A DNA stretch of 64,000 nt from an uncultured delta proteobacterium (lineage in GTDB: Bacteria > Desulfobacterota > Binatia > JACPRU01). Each line of letters begins with the position of its first letter. Within the stretch, counting starts at the first letter, position 1. This document shows positions 43,944 through 53,810 of the stretch, piece after piece. The notes beneath the pieces are model-generated. The model worked only from the letters and a program-made list of their open reading frames with translations, ran no database searches and was not told the origin of the DNA. Made by a program: the position numbers and the translations under genes. Where the stretch lies: assembly GCA_963790365.1 (NCBI GenBank), contig CAWBOU010000016.1, forward strand, positions 141,783 to 205,782, read 5' to 3'.

Positions 43944-45653
43944 TCAGCGGAGAGGCGGCACGGCGACGTACACGCGGGCGAGAAGCGTTTCTCGCTCGTC
44001 GAGCGGGACGCGACACGGTCGGCGCTGTTCGTAGGCGGCGAGGCGATCCGCGATCCAGTCAGGAGCCTTGCCGGGAAAAGCCTTCTCGACGGCTTCCTTG
44101 GCTGCGCGTTGCCAGGCCACGGCACGATCGAAGCGCCCGTTCTCGGCCTCGGCCATGGCGACGGTCTCGGCTGCTTGAACGCTGACCGCGTCGGCGAGGA
44201 TCTCGTCGACTTCCTCGCTCTTGCGATCGCGATTGCCGAGAAGCTCTTCTGCGAGCTCGAGTGAGCGCTTCGGCTCGCGAAGCTTCTCGTCGGGGCTCGC
44301 CGCCAGCAGTCGCGCGAGCAAGAGCTTGAACGGCTGGTAACCGGTGTCCTGCGACGAGTCCTCCTCGATTCGTTTCCGGGCTTCGTCGTAGCGGCCGAGT
44401 CGCAGCAGGGCGACATCGCGCTGCGCCCGCGTGCGCACCGTCGTCGGATCGAGCCGAATCGCCTCTTCGAACGCGCCCAGGGCCTCCGCGTGGCGTCCTC
44501 GTTTCGTCTCCAGGATGGCGAGCCTCGTCCAACCCTCGTGAAGCCTCGGATCGAGGCGAACTGCCTCTCGCAGGTGAGTCTCGGCGGCCTCGAGATCGCC
44601 GCTCTCGGTGAGCGCGCGACCGAGTAGCGTTCGTATCGTCGGGTCCGCCGGCTTCGTCTTGGCGGCAATGTCCGCGTGCTTGACGGCCTCCGACACCTGC
44701 CCACCCTCGAGCAGGAACCTGGCGAAGGCGTTGCGCAACCCAGCGTCCTCCGGTCGGGCTTGCATGGCGAGCTCGAACGCGCGCCCCGCCGCTTGGCGGT
44801 CGCCGCGCCTGAGCGCGGCCTTGGCGCGCCGGGAGTGGACTCTCGCGCTGTCCGCCATCCCGTCGAGCGAATCCATCCGCGTATCCGGCCAGGCGAGCGG
44901 CACCTGATTGTTGATGTCGGACGGGACCCTCGCGAGATGTTCTTGAGCGCGGCGCATGTCGCCGAGCCCGCGATACGCGAGGCCGAGGAGCTGATGCAGC
45001 TTGGAAACGTCGGGCTGATTGGCCAGGACCCGTTCGAAGTGCTCCGTAGCCTCCTGGTAGCTCTTTCGTGACAACGCCGTCGATCCGAGTCCGACCAGCG
45101 CCCCGGGGTTCGACGGTTCCGCCGCGAGCGCGGCGCGAAAGTGTTGTTCCGCTTTGTCGATGGCTCCCGAGGCGAGCTCGGTGTCGCCGAGATGGATGAG
45201 GATCGCCGCGTCTCCGGGCGCCAAGGCGAGCGCCCGTTCGAACGCGGCTCGGGCCTCGTCCATGCTGGAATTGAGGAAGATCATCCCGAGGTAGTACGGC
45301 CAGCGCACTTCTTTCGGGGCGAGGCGCTCGGCGTTGCGGTAGCAAGTGACCGCCACCTCCGGAAAGACGTAGACCTGGTGCCACATCCCCAGCCGGCCAT
45401 ACGCGAGCCCGAGATCCTCCGGGTCGGCCGTCGGGTTGCGGAGTAATTCGTCTACCTCGTTTCGTACGAGGTCGTATTGTTGGCGGACGGGGCGGTCGAG
45501 CTCGTCGAGACGAAGCACCGGCGGAACGTCCTCGAGCCCCGCCTTCCACGCGGGTGGAGCTTCGTCGCGGGAGCACGCGAGCACGGTGACGGTGAGCGAG
45601 AAGCTCGCGAGCAGAACGGCTCGCCAGAACGGGTTGCGCAAACGATCGACCAT
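43944..45653 (-). CDS. TPR-repeat lipoprotein
   Basis: Track ORF. It has the lipobox 'VTVLAC' followed by ~10 TPR-like helix pairs. It lies 7 nt downstream of the CRTAC1-type gene 45661..47418 on the same strand. Confidence 0.75.
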   Translation of the reverse strand: MVDRLRNPFWRAVLLASFSLTVTVLACSRDEAPPAWKAGLEDVPPVLRLDELDRPVRQQYDLVRNEVDELLRNPTADPEDLGLAYGRLGMWHQVYVFPEVAVTCYRNAERLAPKEVRWPYYLGMIFLNSSMDEARAAFERALALAPGDAAILIHLGDTELASGAIDKAEQHFRAALAAEPSNPGALVGLGSTALSRKSYQEATEHFERVLANQPDVSKLHQLLGLAYRGLGDMRRAQEHLARVPSDINNQVPLAWPDTRMDSLDGMADSARVHSRRAKAALRRGDRQAAGRAFELAMQARPEDAGLRNAFARFLLEGGQVSEAVKHADIAAKTKPADPTIRTLLGRALTESGDLEAAETHLREAVRLDPRLHEGWTRLAILETKRGRHAEALGAFEEAIRLDPTTVRTRAQRDVALLRLGRYDEARKRIEEDSSQDTGYQPFKLLLARLLAASPDEKLREPKRSLELAEELLGNRDRKSEEVDEILADAVSVQAAETVAMAEAENGRFDRAVAWQRAAKEAVEKAFPGKAPDWIADRLAAYEQRRPCRVPLDERETLLARVYVAVPPLR

Positions 45654-45660
45654 CTCGAGC

Positions 45661-47418
45661 TCAGCGATCCGCCGGCGGCTGACCGGTCCCGGAAACGAGC
45701 GTGGAATAACGGCTCGGCTTCACGTCCCGCCATTCTTCGACCGTGCCGTCCGGCCAGGCGACGCGAACAGCGTCGAACGTGGGCCGGTCGCCCAGCCCGA
45801 TCAATACCCGCGGATCGTTTGCCGATTGATAGCTGCCGTCGGCCCGTGAGCGACGCAGCAGCGACGGAAGTTCGCGACGAACCACCGTCACCTTGGCCCC
45901 CGGCATGTCTCGCTTTTCGCGCTTCCCCACCAATCGCAACCCCAGCCAGTGCTTCTTCGCTCCGACTTCGTTCACCATCAACCGCGCCGGGCCGTCGTCG
46001 TTCGTGACGAGGATGTCGGTGTCGCCGTCGTTGTCGACGTCACCGAACGAGGCGCCACGGCCCACGGCGGCTACGGCCAATGCCGCGCCGGCTTTCGCGG
46101 ACACGTCCTCGAACGTACCGTCACCCTTGTTGCGCAGCAGTTGGTTCTTCTGTTGGTACGGGAACGGATCGCCGGCGCGGACGAATGCGTCCTGCGCGCG
46201 AACGGCGCCGTTGGCCGTGAAGATGTCGAGCCATCCGTCGTTGTCGTAGTCGAAAAACGCCGTGCCGAAACCCGTGAACGGGAGGGTCGGACCGGCGAGA
46301 CCCGCTTCGACGGTCCGATCCTCGAACAGCCCGTCCCCGAGGTTCTGATAGAAGGTGTGGTACTCCGACTCGAGGTTCGTCACCCACAAGTCTTCGTCCC
46401 CGTCGTTGTCGGCATCACCGACGTCGACGCCCATGCCGGAATGCGGCTTCCCGTTACGGTCGACCGCGCATCCGCTGAGCACGGCGGTGTTCTCGAAGGT
46501 TCCGTCGCCCTTGTTGCGCCATAGGAAATTCGGCTTCTCGTCGTTCGCGACCCAGAGATCGAGCCAGCCGTCCTGGTCGGCGTCGAGCGCGATCACGCCG
46601 AGACCGGGCCCTCGCTCGGCGAAGATCCCGGCGCGCTGCGTGACGTCTTCGAAGGTCCCGTCGCCCCGGTTGTGAAACAGCAGGTCCGGTTGGTCGCGAA
46701 ACGACATCGGACCGCAGTACTCCTTGTTGCCGCCCGTCGAGCTGCAGCGCTTGTGCGTCGCGACGGTGAAGTCCGTGTATGTCGCGACGTAGAGGTCCAA
46801 CCAGCCGTCGCGATCGTAGTCGAAGAACGTCGAGCTCGTGTTCCAGAACGCGCTCGAGATCCCAGCTGTTTTGGTCGTCTCGCGGAACTTACCGTCGCCG
46901 TCGTTGTGCCAGAGCTCGAGCGCTCCGAGCTGGCTCACGAGCAGATCGATCCGTCCGTCGTTGTCGTAATCGCCGATCGCGACACCCTGTCCATAAGCAC
47001 GGGTGCGGATCCCGCTCGCCTCGGTGACGTCGGTGAATCGCAGCCCGCTCCCCGCGGAATCGTTGCGATAGAGCCGTGAGAGGGCCGGAGTCGATCCATC
47101 TGCGGCCTTACCGGGCTGATCGGCTCTGCCCGATTGGACGAAGAACACGTCGAGATCGCCGTCGTCGTCGTAATCGAAAAACGTTCCGCCCGCCCCTTGG
47201 ACCTCCGGGAAGTAGAACTGCCCGGTACGGCCCGCATCATGCACGAAATTCAACCCGACTTCGGCCGCCCGATCGACGAAGAGGTCGCCTGCGCCAGCAG
47301 GCACAGCGGTCGTCGCGCTCGTTCCCGTCTCCTGCTTGCGACAGCCGCTCAGGAGCACGAGAACGGCGAGAGTGGTGGCGATCCCCGCTCGTCGCCGGAG
47401 TACAGCGTGCATGCGCAA
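45661..47418 (-). CDS. CRTAC1-type FG-GAP/ASPIC lipoprotein
   Basis: Track ORF. It has the lipobox 'LLSGC' and the loops 'DYDDDGDLD', 'DYDNDGRIDL', 'DYDRDGWLDL', 'DADQDGWLDL', 'DADNDGDEDL', 'DYDNDGWLDI' and 'DVDNDGDTDI'. The ASPIC tail reads 'KHWLGLRLVG...LIGLGDRPTFDAVRVAWPDG'. Confidence 0.85.
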   Translation of the reverse strand: MRMHAVLRRRAGIATTLAVLVLLSGCRKQETGTSATTAVPAGAGDLFVDRAAEVGLNFVHDAGRTGQFYFPEVQGAGGTFFDYDDDGDLDVFFVQSGRADQPGKAADGSTPALSRLYRNDSAGSGLRFTDVTEASGIRTRAYGQGVAIGDYDNDGRIDLLVSQLGALELWHNDGDGKFRETTKTAGISSAFWNTSSTFFDYDRDGWLDLYVATYTDFTVATHKRCSSTGGNKEYCGPMSFRDQPDLLFHNRGDGTFEDVTQRAGIFAERGPGLGVIALDADQDGWLDLWVANDEKPNFLWRNKGDGTFENTAVLSGCAVDRNGKPHSGMGVDVGDADNDGDEDLWVTNLESEYHTFYQNLGDGLFEDRTVEAGLAGPTLPFTGFGTAFFDYDNDGWLDIFTANGAVRAQDAFVRAGDPFPYQQKNQLLRNKGDGTFEDVSAKAGAALAVAAVGRGASFGDVDNDGDTDILVTNDDGPARLMVNEVGAKKHWLGLRLVGKREKRDMPGAKVTVVRRELPSLLRRSRADGSYQSANDPRVLIGLGDRPTFDAVRVAWPDGTVEEWRDVKPSRYSTLVSGTGQPPADR

Positions 47419-47551
47419 TCGAAGCCGCCCTCGCTCCGATTTCGCGAAGGCCGTCCGGCTCGTCTATCGGATCGCTTCTTAGCACTCAACTGCTGACACA
47501 GCGTGTTGCGATTCACCGAGGCCTTGCTATTACGGTGCGATCGTAACGGAG

Positions 47552-49525
47552 GTGATGTCGATGCGGAGCGACGATCGACCGGGAATTCCGGTCTGGATTG
47601 CAGCCACACTCCTGATCTCGAGCCCCGTGCTCGCCGCGGATCCACCGGCCGCGAAGGAGACGAAAGCGGCGGAGGAGCGGATCGTCCCAGTCCCGAAGCG
47701 CGATATCGGCGCGGAGACGCTCGAGGCGAGGAAGGCCCATCAGCTGAAGAAGGCGAAGGAGTACAAGGTCTTCCACGACTTTCAGTTCGCCGACCTGCTC
47801 CCCGAGAGCGGCATCACCTTCTTGAACCGGATCACGCCCGATTCCGCGAAAGACCGGATCGCCGTTCACTATGACCACGGCGACGGGCTCGTCGCCTCCG
47901 ACGTCGACGGCGACGGCAAGCTCGACATCTACTTCGTGAGCCAACTGCCGGGAAATCAGCTCTGGAAGAACCTCGGCGGCGGCAAGTTCAAGAACATCAC
48001 CGCCGAGGCCGGTGTGGGAATGCCTGGCGAGATCAGCGTCGCCGCGACGTTCGCGGACATCGACAACGACGGTGACGCCGATCTCTACGTGACCACCGTC
48101 CGTACTGGAAACATGCTGTTCGAGAACGACGGCAAGGGCAAATTCAAGGACATCTCCAAGCAGTCCGGCCTCGATTACGTCGGACACTCTTCGGGCGCGG
48201 TGTTCTTCGACTACAACAACGACGGCCGACTCGACTGCTTCCTCGTGAACGTGGGTAAGTACACGGGCGACAAGCAGGGCGTCGACGGTTACTACATCGG
48301 GCACGCCGACGCGTTTCACAGCCACCTTCGTCCCGAACGGAACGAGCCGAGCGTCCTCTACCGCAACGAAGGCAAGAACCGTTTCGTCGACGTGACCAAG
48401 GAAACGGGCTTGGTGGAGGAGAGCTGGAGCGGCGACGCGAGCATCGTCGATCTCAACGAAGACGGTTGGCTCGACGTCTACGTTCTCAACATGCAGGGCA
48501 ACAACCACTACTTCGAGAACCAGAAGGGGGAGAAGTTCGTCGACAAGACCTCACAGCACTTCCCGAAGACCTCGTGGGGAGGCATGGGGATCAAGTTCTT
48601 CGACTTCGACAACAACGGTCACCCCGACCTCTACGTGACCGACATGCACTCGGACATGGGCGAGGCGGCGATCGCGGCCCGACCGAAGGACGAGAAGAAG
48701 AAGTACCTCCCGCCGGTTCCCGAGCAAGCCAAGACCGTGCTGCGCGGCTGGGAGACGAGCGTCTTCGGCAACTCGTTCTACTTGAATCTCGGCGGCGGCA
48801 AGCTGGAAGAAGTCTCCGACAAGATCGGCGCGGAGAACTACTGGCCGTGGGGCCTCAGCGTCGCCGATTTGAACGCCGACGGGTGGGATGACGCCTTCGT
48901 CGCTTCGAGCATGAACTTCCCGTTCCGGTACGGGATCAACTCGGTTCTGCTGAACGAGGACGGCAAGGTCTTCCGCGATAGCGAGTTCGCGGTCGGCGTC
49001 GAGCCTCGGCGTGACGGACGGACCAAGATTCCCTGGTTCGAGATCGAGTGCGACGGCCCCGACAAGAAGCACGAGCTCTGCAAGGACCGCCAGGGGCATT
49101 GGACGGTGCACGCGAATCTCGGCTCACGCTCCTCCGTGATCTTCGATCTCGACGACGACGGCGACCTCGACATCGTCACGAACGAGTTCAACTCGGAGCC
49201 GATCGTGTTCGTGAGCAATCTCTCCGAGAAGAAGAAGATCAACTGGCTGAAGGTCGTGCTCGAAGGCACGAAGTCGAACCGCGACGCCGTGGGTGCGACC
49301 GTCAAGGTGACCGCCGGCGGCAAGGTGTATACGAAGTGGAATGATGCGACGTCCGGCTATCTGTCGCACGGCGTGCTGCCGCTCTATTTCGGCCTCGGTG
49401 AAGCGACCAAGGTCGACAAGGTCGAGGTTCGCTGGCCGTCGGGAAAAGTTCAGGAGACGACGACCGGCATCGAGGTCAACAAGCCGCTGAAGATCAAGGA
49501 AGAGGGCTCGGCGAAGTCATCCTGA
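47552..49525 (+). CDS. CRTAC1-type FG-GAP/ASPIC secreted protein
   Basis: Track ORF. It has a signal peptide, multiple D-x-D-x-D-G loops (DVDGDGKLD, DIDNDGDAD, DYNNDGRLD, DLNEDGWLD, DFDNNGHPD, DLNADGWDD, DLDDDGDLD) and the ASPIC tail 'NWLKVVLEG..GATVKVTAGG...LYFGLGEATKVDKVEVRWPSG'. Confidence 0.85.
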   Translation: MMSMRSDDRPGIPVWIAATLLISSPVLAADPPAAKETKAAEERIVPVPKRDIGAETLEARKAHQLKKAKEYKVFHDFQFADLLPESGITFLNRITPDSAKDRIAVHYDHGDGLVASDVDGDGKLDIYFVSQLPGNQLWKNLGGGKFKNITAEAGVGMPGEISVAATFADIDNDGDADLYVTTVRTGNMLFENDGKGKFKDISKQSGLDYVGHSSGAVFFDYNNDGRLDCFLVNVGKYTGDKQGVDGYYIGHADAFHSHLRPERNEPSVLYRNEGKNRFVDVTKETGLVEESWSGDASIVDLNEDGWLDVYVLNMQGNNHYFENQKGEKFVDKTSQHFPKTSWGGMGIKFFDFDNNGHPDLYVTDMHSDMGEAAIAARPKDEKKKYLPPVPEQAKTVLRGWETSVFGNSFYLNLGGGKLEEVSDKIGAENYWPWGLSVADLNADGWDDAFVASSMNFPFRYGINSVLLNEDGKVFRDSEFAVGVEPRRDGRTKIPWFEIECDGPDKKHELCKDRQGHWTVHANLGSRSSVIFDLDDDGDLDIVTNEFNSEPIVFVSNLSEKKKINWLKVVLEGTKSNRDAVGATVKVTAGGKVYTKWNDATSGYLSHGVLPLYFGLGEATKVDKVEVRWPSGKVQETTTGIEVNKPLKIKEEGSAKSS

Positions 49526-51122
49526 CGTCGCCGAGCTCCGACTCCCGACGCTTCGGGCGCTCGGGGGGATCGTAGCGGTAGTACGCGTGGCCGATGATCG
49601 CCGTCGGTTGCGCGTGCGCGATCCAGTTCTCCGCGGAGTCGCCGTACTCGAGCGACAGTACGGCGCGCACTCGCGCGGCGTAGTGCGCGCTGAGGAACAG
49701 CGTGCGCCGTGGGGGCCGGAGGGCTCTCCGCCAGGGTATTCGGGGACCGGTCACGCCGTAGAGCTCCGGTGACACCGAGCCGAAGTGGCAGATCACATAT
49801 TCGGTGACGCCCTCTCGCTCGAGATACTCGCGGAGCTGGATCAGGCCCTGTCCCCAGTCGACGTTCGACTCGTCGAGCCACTCGGGGCCGTGCCGGGAAC
49901 CGCCGGCGAGCTCGTTGAAGTACGAGAGGTGGTCGGGCGCGACCGTCACGAACGCGGTCGCCTGCCAGAGGAGGAGCGCGCCGACGATCGCCGCGACGGC
50001 CGGTTTCCGTGCCGAGAGCACGAGACCGATCCGGCCGGCGAAGACGTAGAGGAAGGGCGAAACCGGGATCAGGTACCGCACCCCCAAGCTCGGCGCGAGA
50101 GCGGTGACGAGCGCCGCGAAGGCGACCGCGGGAGCGATCAGCGACGCTTCTTCGAGCGCCGTCGTCCTCCGTCCTCGGAAGAACAGAGCGACGGAAAGCG
50201 CGAGGAGCAGGATCGTCGCGAGCGGCGTCTTGAGGAGCCAGGCGATCGGGAAGTAGCGCAGGTCCCGGCCTTCCTGGATCTCTCCCAGCAGCACGTAGTC
50301 GAAGCCCGCGCGGTGGTCGCTTTCCAGGCTCGTGAGCCCGTTCCAATAAAAGGCCGGATCGCGGGGGAAGAGGTAGGTCGCCCACACGACGAGCGCGGCG
50401 AGCGCGAGAAGAGCGCCGAACGGGACAGCGGCGCGGAGGATACGCGTGCGCGGCGTGCGCGACCACGTCCAAAGCGCGAGCGCGAGCGGCGGAAGCACGA
50501 TCGCCGTGAACTTCGTCGCGAGGGCGAGCCCGAGCGCGACGGCGGATGCGAGCAGCGGAATCGTCGATTCCGAACGAAGCGCGTGCCGGAAGAGGAAGAA
50601 GAAGAGCGTCGCAAAGCACGCGAGCGGAACGTCGGTGGTGATCAATTGCGCGTGAGCGGTGATCGTCGGGTCCGTCACGTAGAGAAAGAGCGACAACAGC
50701 GCTCCGCGTGCCCCCCAGAGCTGATACGACCAGACCGTGACGAGCGCGGCCAAGCCGAACGAAAGCGCGATCGCGGGGAGGCGACACCAGGGAAGGATCG
50801 CTTGCACGTCGTTCGCGTCGAAGAAGAGCTTTCCGAAGCGCCATTGATACGTCGTGAAGACTGCCTGTTCGATCTCCTGTTCCGTCGCCGGCATGCGGGC
50901 GCCGAGCAAGAGGAGCGGAACGGCCGCGAGCTCCTTGACGAGCGGCGGATGCATCGGATTGAGCACGATTTTCCCGGTCTGGAGATACGAGTACCCGGCG
51001 GAAAGATGGACGACTTCGTCGTAGGTGATCGACTTTCGCAGCGAGAATGCGAGCGGCAGCACGAGCGCGGCCATCAGCAGCGCGGCGATGAGGATCCGCT
51101 CCGGACGTGAAGTGGTAGCCAA
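49494..51122 (-). CDS. GT-C glycosyltransferase, family 39 (ArnT/PMT-like)
   Basis: Track ORF. It has about 11-12 helices. The first periplasmic loop carries 'SITYDEVVHLSAGYSYL..NPMHPPLVKEL' (the DE motif of PMT/ArnT enzymes). It has a C-terminal soluble domain. It overlaps 47552..49525 convergently by 32 nt. Confidence 0.7.
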   Translation of the reverse strand: MATTSRPERILIAALLMAALVLPLAFSLRKSITYDEVVHLSAGYSYLQTGKIVLNPMHPPLVKELAAVPLLLLGARMPATEQEIEQAVFTTYQWRFGKLFFDANDVQAILPWCRLPAIALSFGLAALVTVWSYQLWGARGALLSLFLYVTDPTITAHAQLITTDVPLACFATLFFFLFRHALRSESTIPLLASAVALGLALATKFTAIVLPPLALALWTWSRTPRTRILRAAVPFGALLALAALVVWATYLFPRDPAFYWNGLTSLESDHRAGFDYVLLGEIQEGRDLRYFPIAWLLKTPLATILLLALSVALFFRGRRTTALEEASLIAPAVAFAALVTALAPSLGVRYLIPVSPFLYVFAGRIGLVLSARKPAVAAIVGALLLWQATAFVTVAPDHLSYFNELAGGSRHGPEWLDESNVDWGQGLIQLREYLEREGVTEYVICHFGSVSPELYGVTGPRIPWRRALRPPRRTLFLSAHYAARVRAVLSLEYGDSAENWIAHAQPTAIIGHAYYRYDPPERPKRRESELGDVRMTSPSPLP

Positions 51123-51146
51123 AATCCGCTAGACGCGCGCTTCGCG

Positions 51147-53027
51147 ATGCCGAGAAAACGCAATCGGACGAGCGAAGAGGCTCCGCGCGCACGGACACTG
51201 CCCCGGGCGCTCGCCGCGATCGTCGCGCTGATCGCGTTCCTGCAATACGCGAACACGCTCGGCCACGAGTTCACCTTCGACGACGGAGCGGTGATCAGCG
51301 AGAACGTGCTGACTCAACGGGGTGTCGCCGCGATCCCGAAGATCCTCTCGTCCACGTATCGCGAGGGATCGCTGACGAGGGACTTGAATCTCTATCGCCC
51401 GCTCTCGCGGGTCGTGTTTGCCGCCCAGTGGGAGCTGTTCCCCGGCGACCCGCGGGCGGGTCATTGGACGAACGTTCTCCTGTTCTCCCTCACCGCCGTC
51501 CTCCTGTTGTTCACGATCCATGCGTATGGCGCCGATCTCCGTTTCGCATTCGTCGCCACGTTGCTGTTCGTCGTCCATCCCATCCACACCGAGGTCGTCG
51601 CCAGCATCAAGAGTCTCGACGAGATATTGGCGTTTCTTTTCTTCCTCGTCACCATGCTGTTTGCGCGCCGTCACCTCGCGTCCGGTGCGAAATGGCAGCT
51701 CGCGGTCGCGTCGCTCGCGTTTTTCCTGGCTCTGCTGTCCAAGGAATCCGCGCTCACGTTCCTCGTCGTCGTGCCGTTCGCGGTGTGGATGTTCACCGAG
51801 GCGACGAGAGCGAGACAGGTCGCCGTCGCCGGCGCGCTCGTCGGTTCGACCGTCGCCTACTTCGCGCTCCGGACGAGCCTGCTCGGCCTTCCCCAGGTCG
51901 GGCGGATCCTCGCTCTCGACAACGTCCTCTACGATGCGACCGCGGCCGATCGTTTCGCGACCGCCGTTTCTCTACTCGGCCGCTATCTGCGCTTGCTCGT
52001 CGTTCCCCATCCCCTCGTCGCCGACTATTCCTACGCGCAGATCCCGCTGCTCGGTCTCGGCGACCCGAGGTTTTGGGCCTCGTTGCTCGCTCTCGCCGTC
52101 CTCGGCGTCGTCGCCGTGGCGACGATATCGAGGAGCCGATGGCTCTCGTTCGGAATCGCGTATTTCTTCCTGACCGCGGCGATCGTTTCGAACGTCTTCT
52201 TCCTGATCGGCACCGCGTTCGCCGAGCGGGTGATGTACGCGCCGTCGCTCGGCGTCTGCGTCGTGGCCGCCGCGGCGTGGGCGCGTCTCCTCGGCGAGAC
52301 GGACGGGCGCGAGCCGACGGATCTGCGCTCGTTCTTCTCCGTCCGAACGGTCGCGTGGCTGCCGATCGCGGTGTTGACCGTGCTCTTCATCGGCAAGTCC
52401 GTCCTGCGGAACCGCGATTGGCACGACAACTTTTCGCTCTTCTCGGCGGACGTGCAGCGCTCGACGAACAGCGCGCGACTCCACTACCTGCTGGGACAGC
52501 TCCTGTCGCAGCGGGGCCAAGTCGATGCGGGGATGCCGGAGCTCGAGACCGCGACTCGCCTCTACCCGCGGTTCGGCGACGCGTACAACGCGATCGGCAG
52601 AATCCAACTCGATCGCGACGACGTGACGAGCGCCGAGGCGAGCTTCGGGAAGGCGATCGAGCTCGACGGGCGCAACCCGATCTACCGAAACAACTACGGC
52701 AGTGTCTTCATGAGGAAAGGACAACTCGCCGAGGCCAAGGAGCAGTTCGAAGCCGCGCTGCGAGGCTACGAGTGTTACGCCGACGCGTACTACAACCTCG
52801 GGGCCGTGCACGGCACGCAGGGACAGATGAGTCGCGGTGAACCGATGGTCGCGAGGTCTCACTTCCAAGAGGCGATCACGAATTTCGAGAAGGCTGTGCG
52901 CTGCAACCCTCGCTTCGCGGCGGCGCACTTCGCGCTCGGAATGACATACCGTCAGTTGGGCGAGGAACAGACGGCCCGGCGCTCTCTTCAGCGCGCGCGC
53001 GAGCTCGGGTACCGGCCCGGACGATAG
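51147..53027 (+). CDS. TMTC-like GT-C membrane protein fused to TPR (DUF1736-type)
   Basis: Track ORF. It has 'LGHEFTFDDGAVISENV' (the first-loop acidic pair as in TMTC O-mannosyltransferases), about 10 helices, 'AERVMYAPSLG', and then C-terminal TPRs ('YPRFGDAYNAIGRIQL', 'CYADAYYNLGAV', 'NPRFAAAHFALGMTY'). Confidence 0.7.
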   Translation: MPRKRNRTSEEAPRARTLPRALAAIVALIAFLQYANTLGHEFTFDDGAVISENVLTQRGVAAIPKILSSTYREGSLTRDLNLYRPLSRVVFAAQWELFPGDPRAGHWTNVLLFSLTAVLLLFTIHAYGADLRFAFVATLLFVVHPIHTEVVASIKSLDEILAFLFFLVTMLFARRHLASGAKWQLAVASLAFFLALLSKESALTFLVVVPFAVWMFTEATRARQVAVAGALVGSTVAYFALRTSLLGLPQVGRILALDNVLYDATAADRFATAVSLLGRYLRLLVVPHPLVADYSYAQIPLLGLGDPRFWASLLALAVLGVVAVATISRSRWLSFGIAYFFLTAAIVSNVFFLIGTAFAERVMYAPSLGVCVVAAAAWARLLGETDGREPTDLRSFFSVRTVAWLPIAVLTVLFIGKSVLRNRDWHDNFSLFSADVQRSTNSARLHYLLGQLLSQRGQVDAGMPELETATRLYPRFGDAYNAIGRIQLDRDDVTSAEASFGKAIELDGRNPIYRNNYGSVFMRKGQLAEAKEQFEAALRGYECYADAYYNLGAVHGTQGQMSRGEPMVARSHFQEAITNFEKAVRCNPRFAAAHFALGMTYRQLGEEQTARRSLQRARELGYRPGR

Positions 53028-53051
53028 CGCTCCTCGCCGTCGCGAGCGGCG

Positions 53052-53810
53052 ATGCAACTTGACTCCGGCGAGACCAGATGGAATACGCGCCGACCAATGC
53101 TCGAATCCGGCTCGCTCGAGTCACAGGTTCACGCGGGCCGCGAACGGTCGATCGGAAGCAGCGAGGGTCTCGACGAACGGGTCCTCGCCCATGCGATCAC
53201 GAAGAGCGAAGCCGCCCAGCGATTCGCGCGCGGGGAATGCGGCCGTGCCGCCGCGATCGCCTTTGCGCGCGAATATTATCCGGTCTGCCTGCAGTTCCCG
53301 CTCTTCCTGGCCGCGGCGATCAGCCACGTGTCCGACGAGGGCACGCGTCTCCTGCTCGTCGCGAATCTCTACGAGGAGCACGGGAGCCTCGACGCCACGC
53401 GAACCCACCCGGAGCTGTTTCGCCGCTACATCCGCAGTCTCGATCTCGCGCCCGAAGCGCTTGCGAATGGTGGATCGGTCGGCGCGCGTCTGGCGCAGCG
53501 CTTTCGGACCGTCTGTCAGGAAGGGCCCGACTATCGCGCCGCGGCGATCCTCTACGCGTTCGAAGCGCTCTTCAGTCCCGCCTGCGCGATGCTCGCGGAA
53601 GGGCTCCGCCGGATGGGAATGTCCGACGCGGCCGTGACGTTCTTCGACGTGCACGCGATCGCCGATGTCTCGCATGCGGTGCAGCTGCGCTCGAGCGTTG
53701 CCGCGGCGTGCCGCTCCCCTCGAGAATGGGAAGTCGCCGTGGCGACCGCCGACGAGGGCGGTCGTCTCCTGTACGAGCTCTTCGACTTCGCCGCCGCGAC
53801 GTCGTCCTAG
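53052..53810 (+). CDS. Haem-oxygenase-like di-iron (iron-containing redox enzyme / CADD-PqqC-like) protein
   Basis: Track ORF, with an alternative start at ATG 53097. The ligand-like pattern is 'NLYEEHG......THPELF', 'YAFEALF' and 'VHAIADVSH' (H-x3-D-x2-H). Confidence 0.65.
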   Translation: MQLDSGETRWNTRRPMLESGSLESQVHAGRERSIGSSEGLDERVLAHAITKSEAAQRFARGECGRAAAIAFAREYYPVCLQFPLFLAAAISHVSDEGTRLLLVANLYEEHGSLDATRTHPELFRRYIRSLDLAPEALANGGSVGARLAQRFRTVCQEGPDYRAAAILYAFEALFSPACAMLAEGLRRMGMSDAAVTFFDVHAIADVSHAVQLRSSVAAACRSPREWEVAVATADEGGRLLYELFDFAAATSS

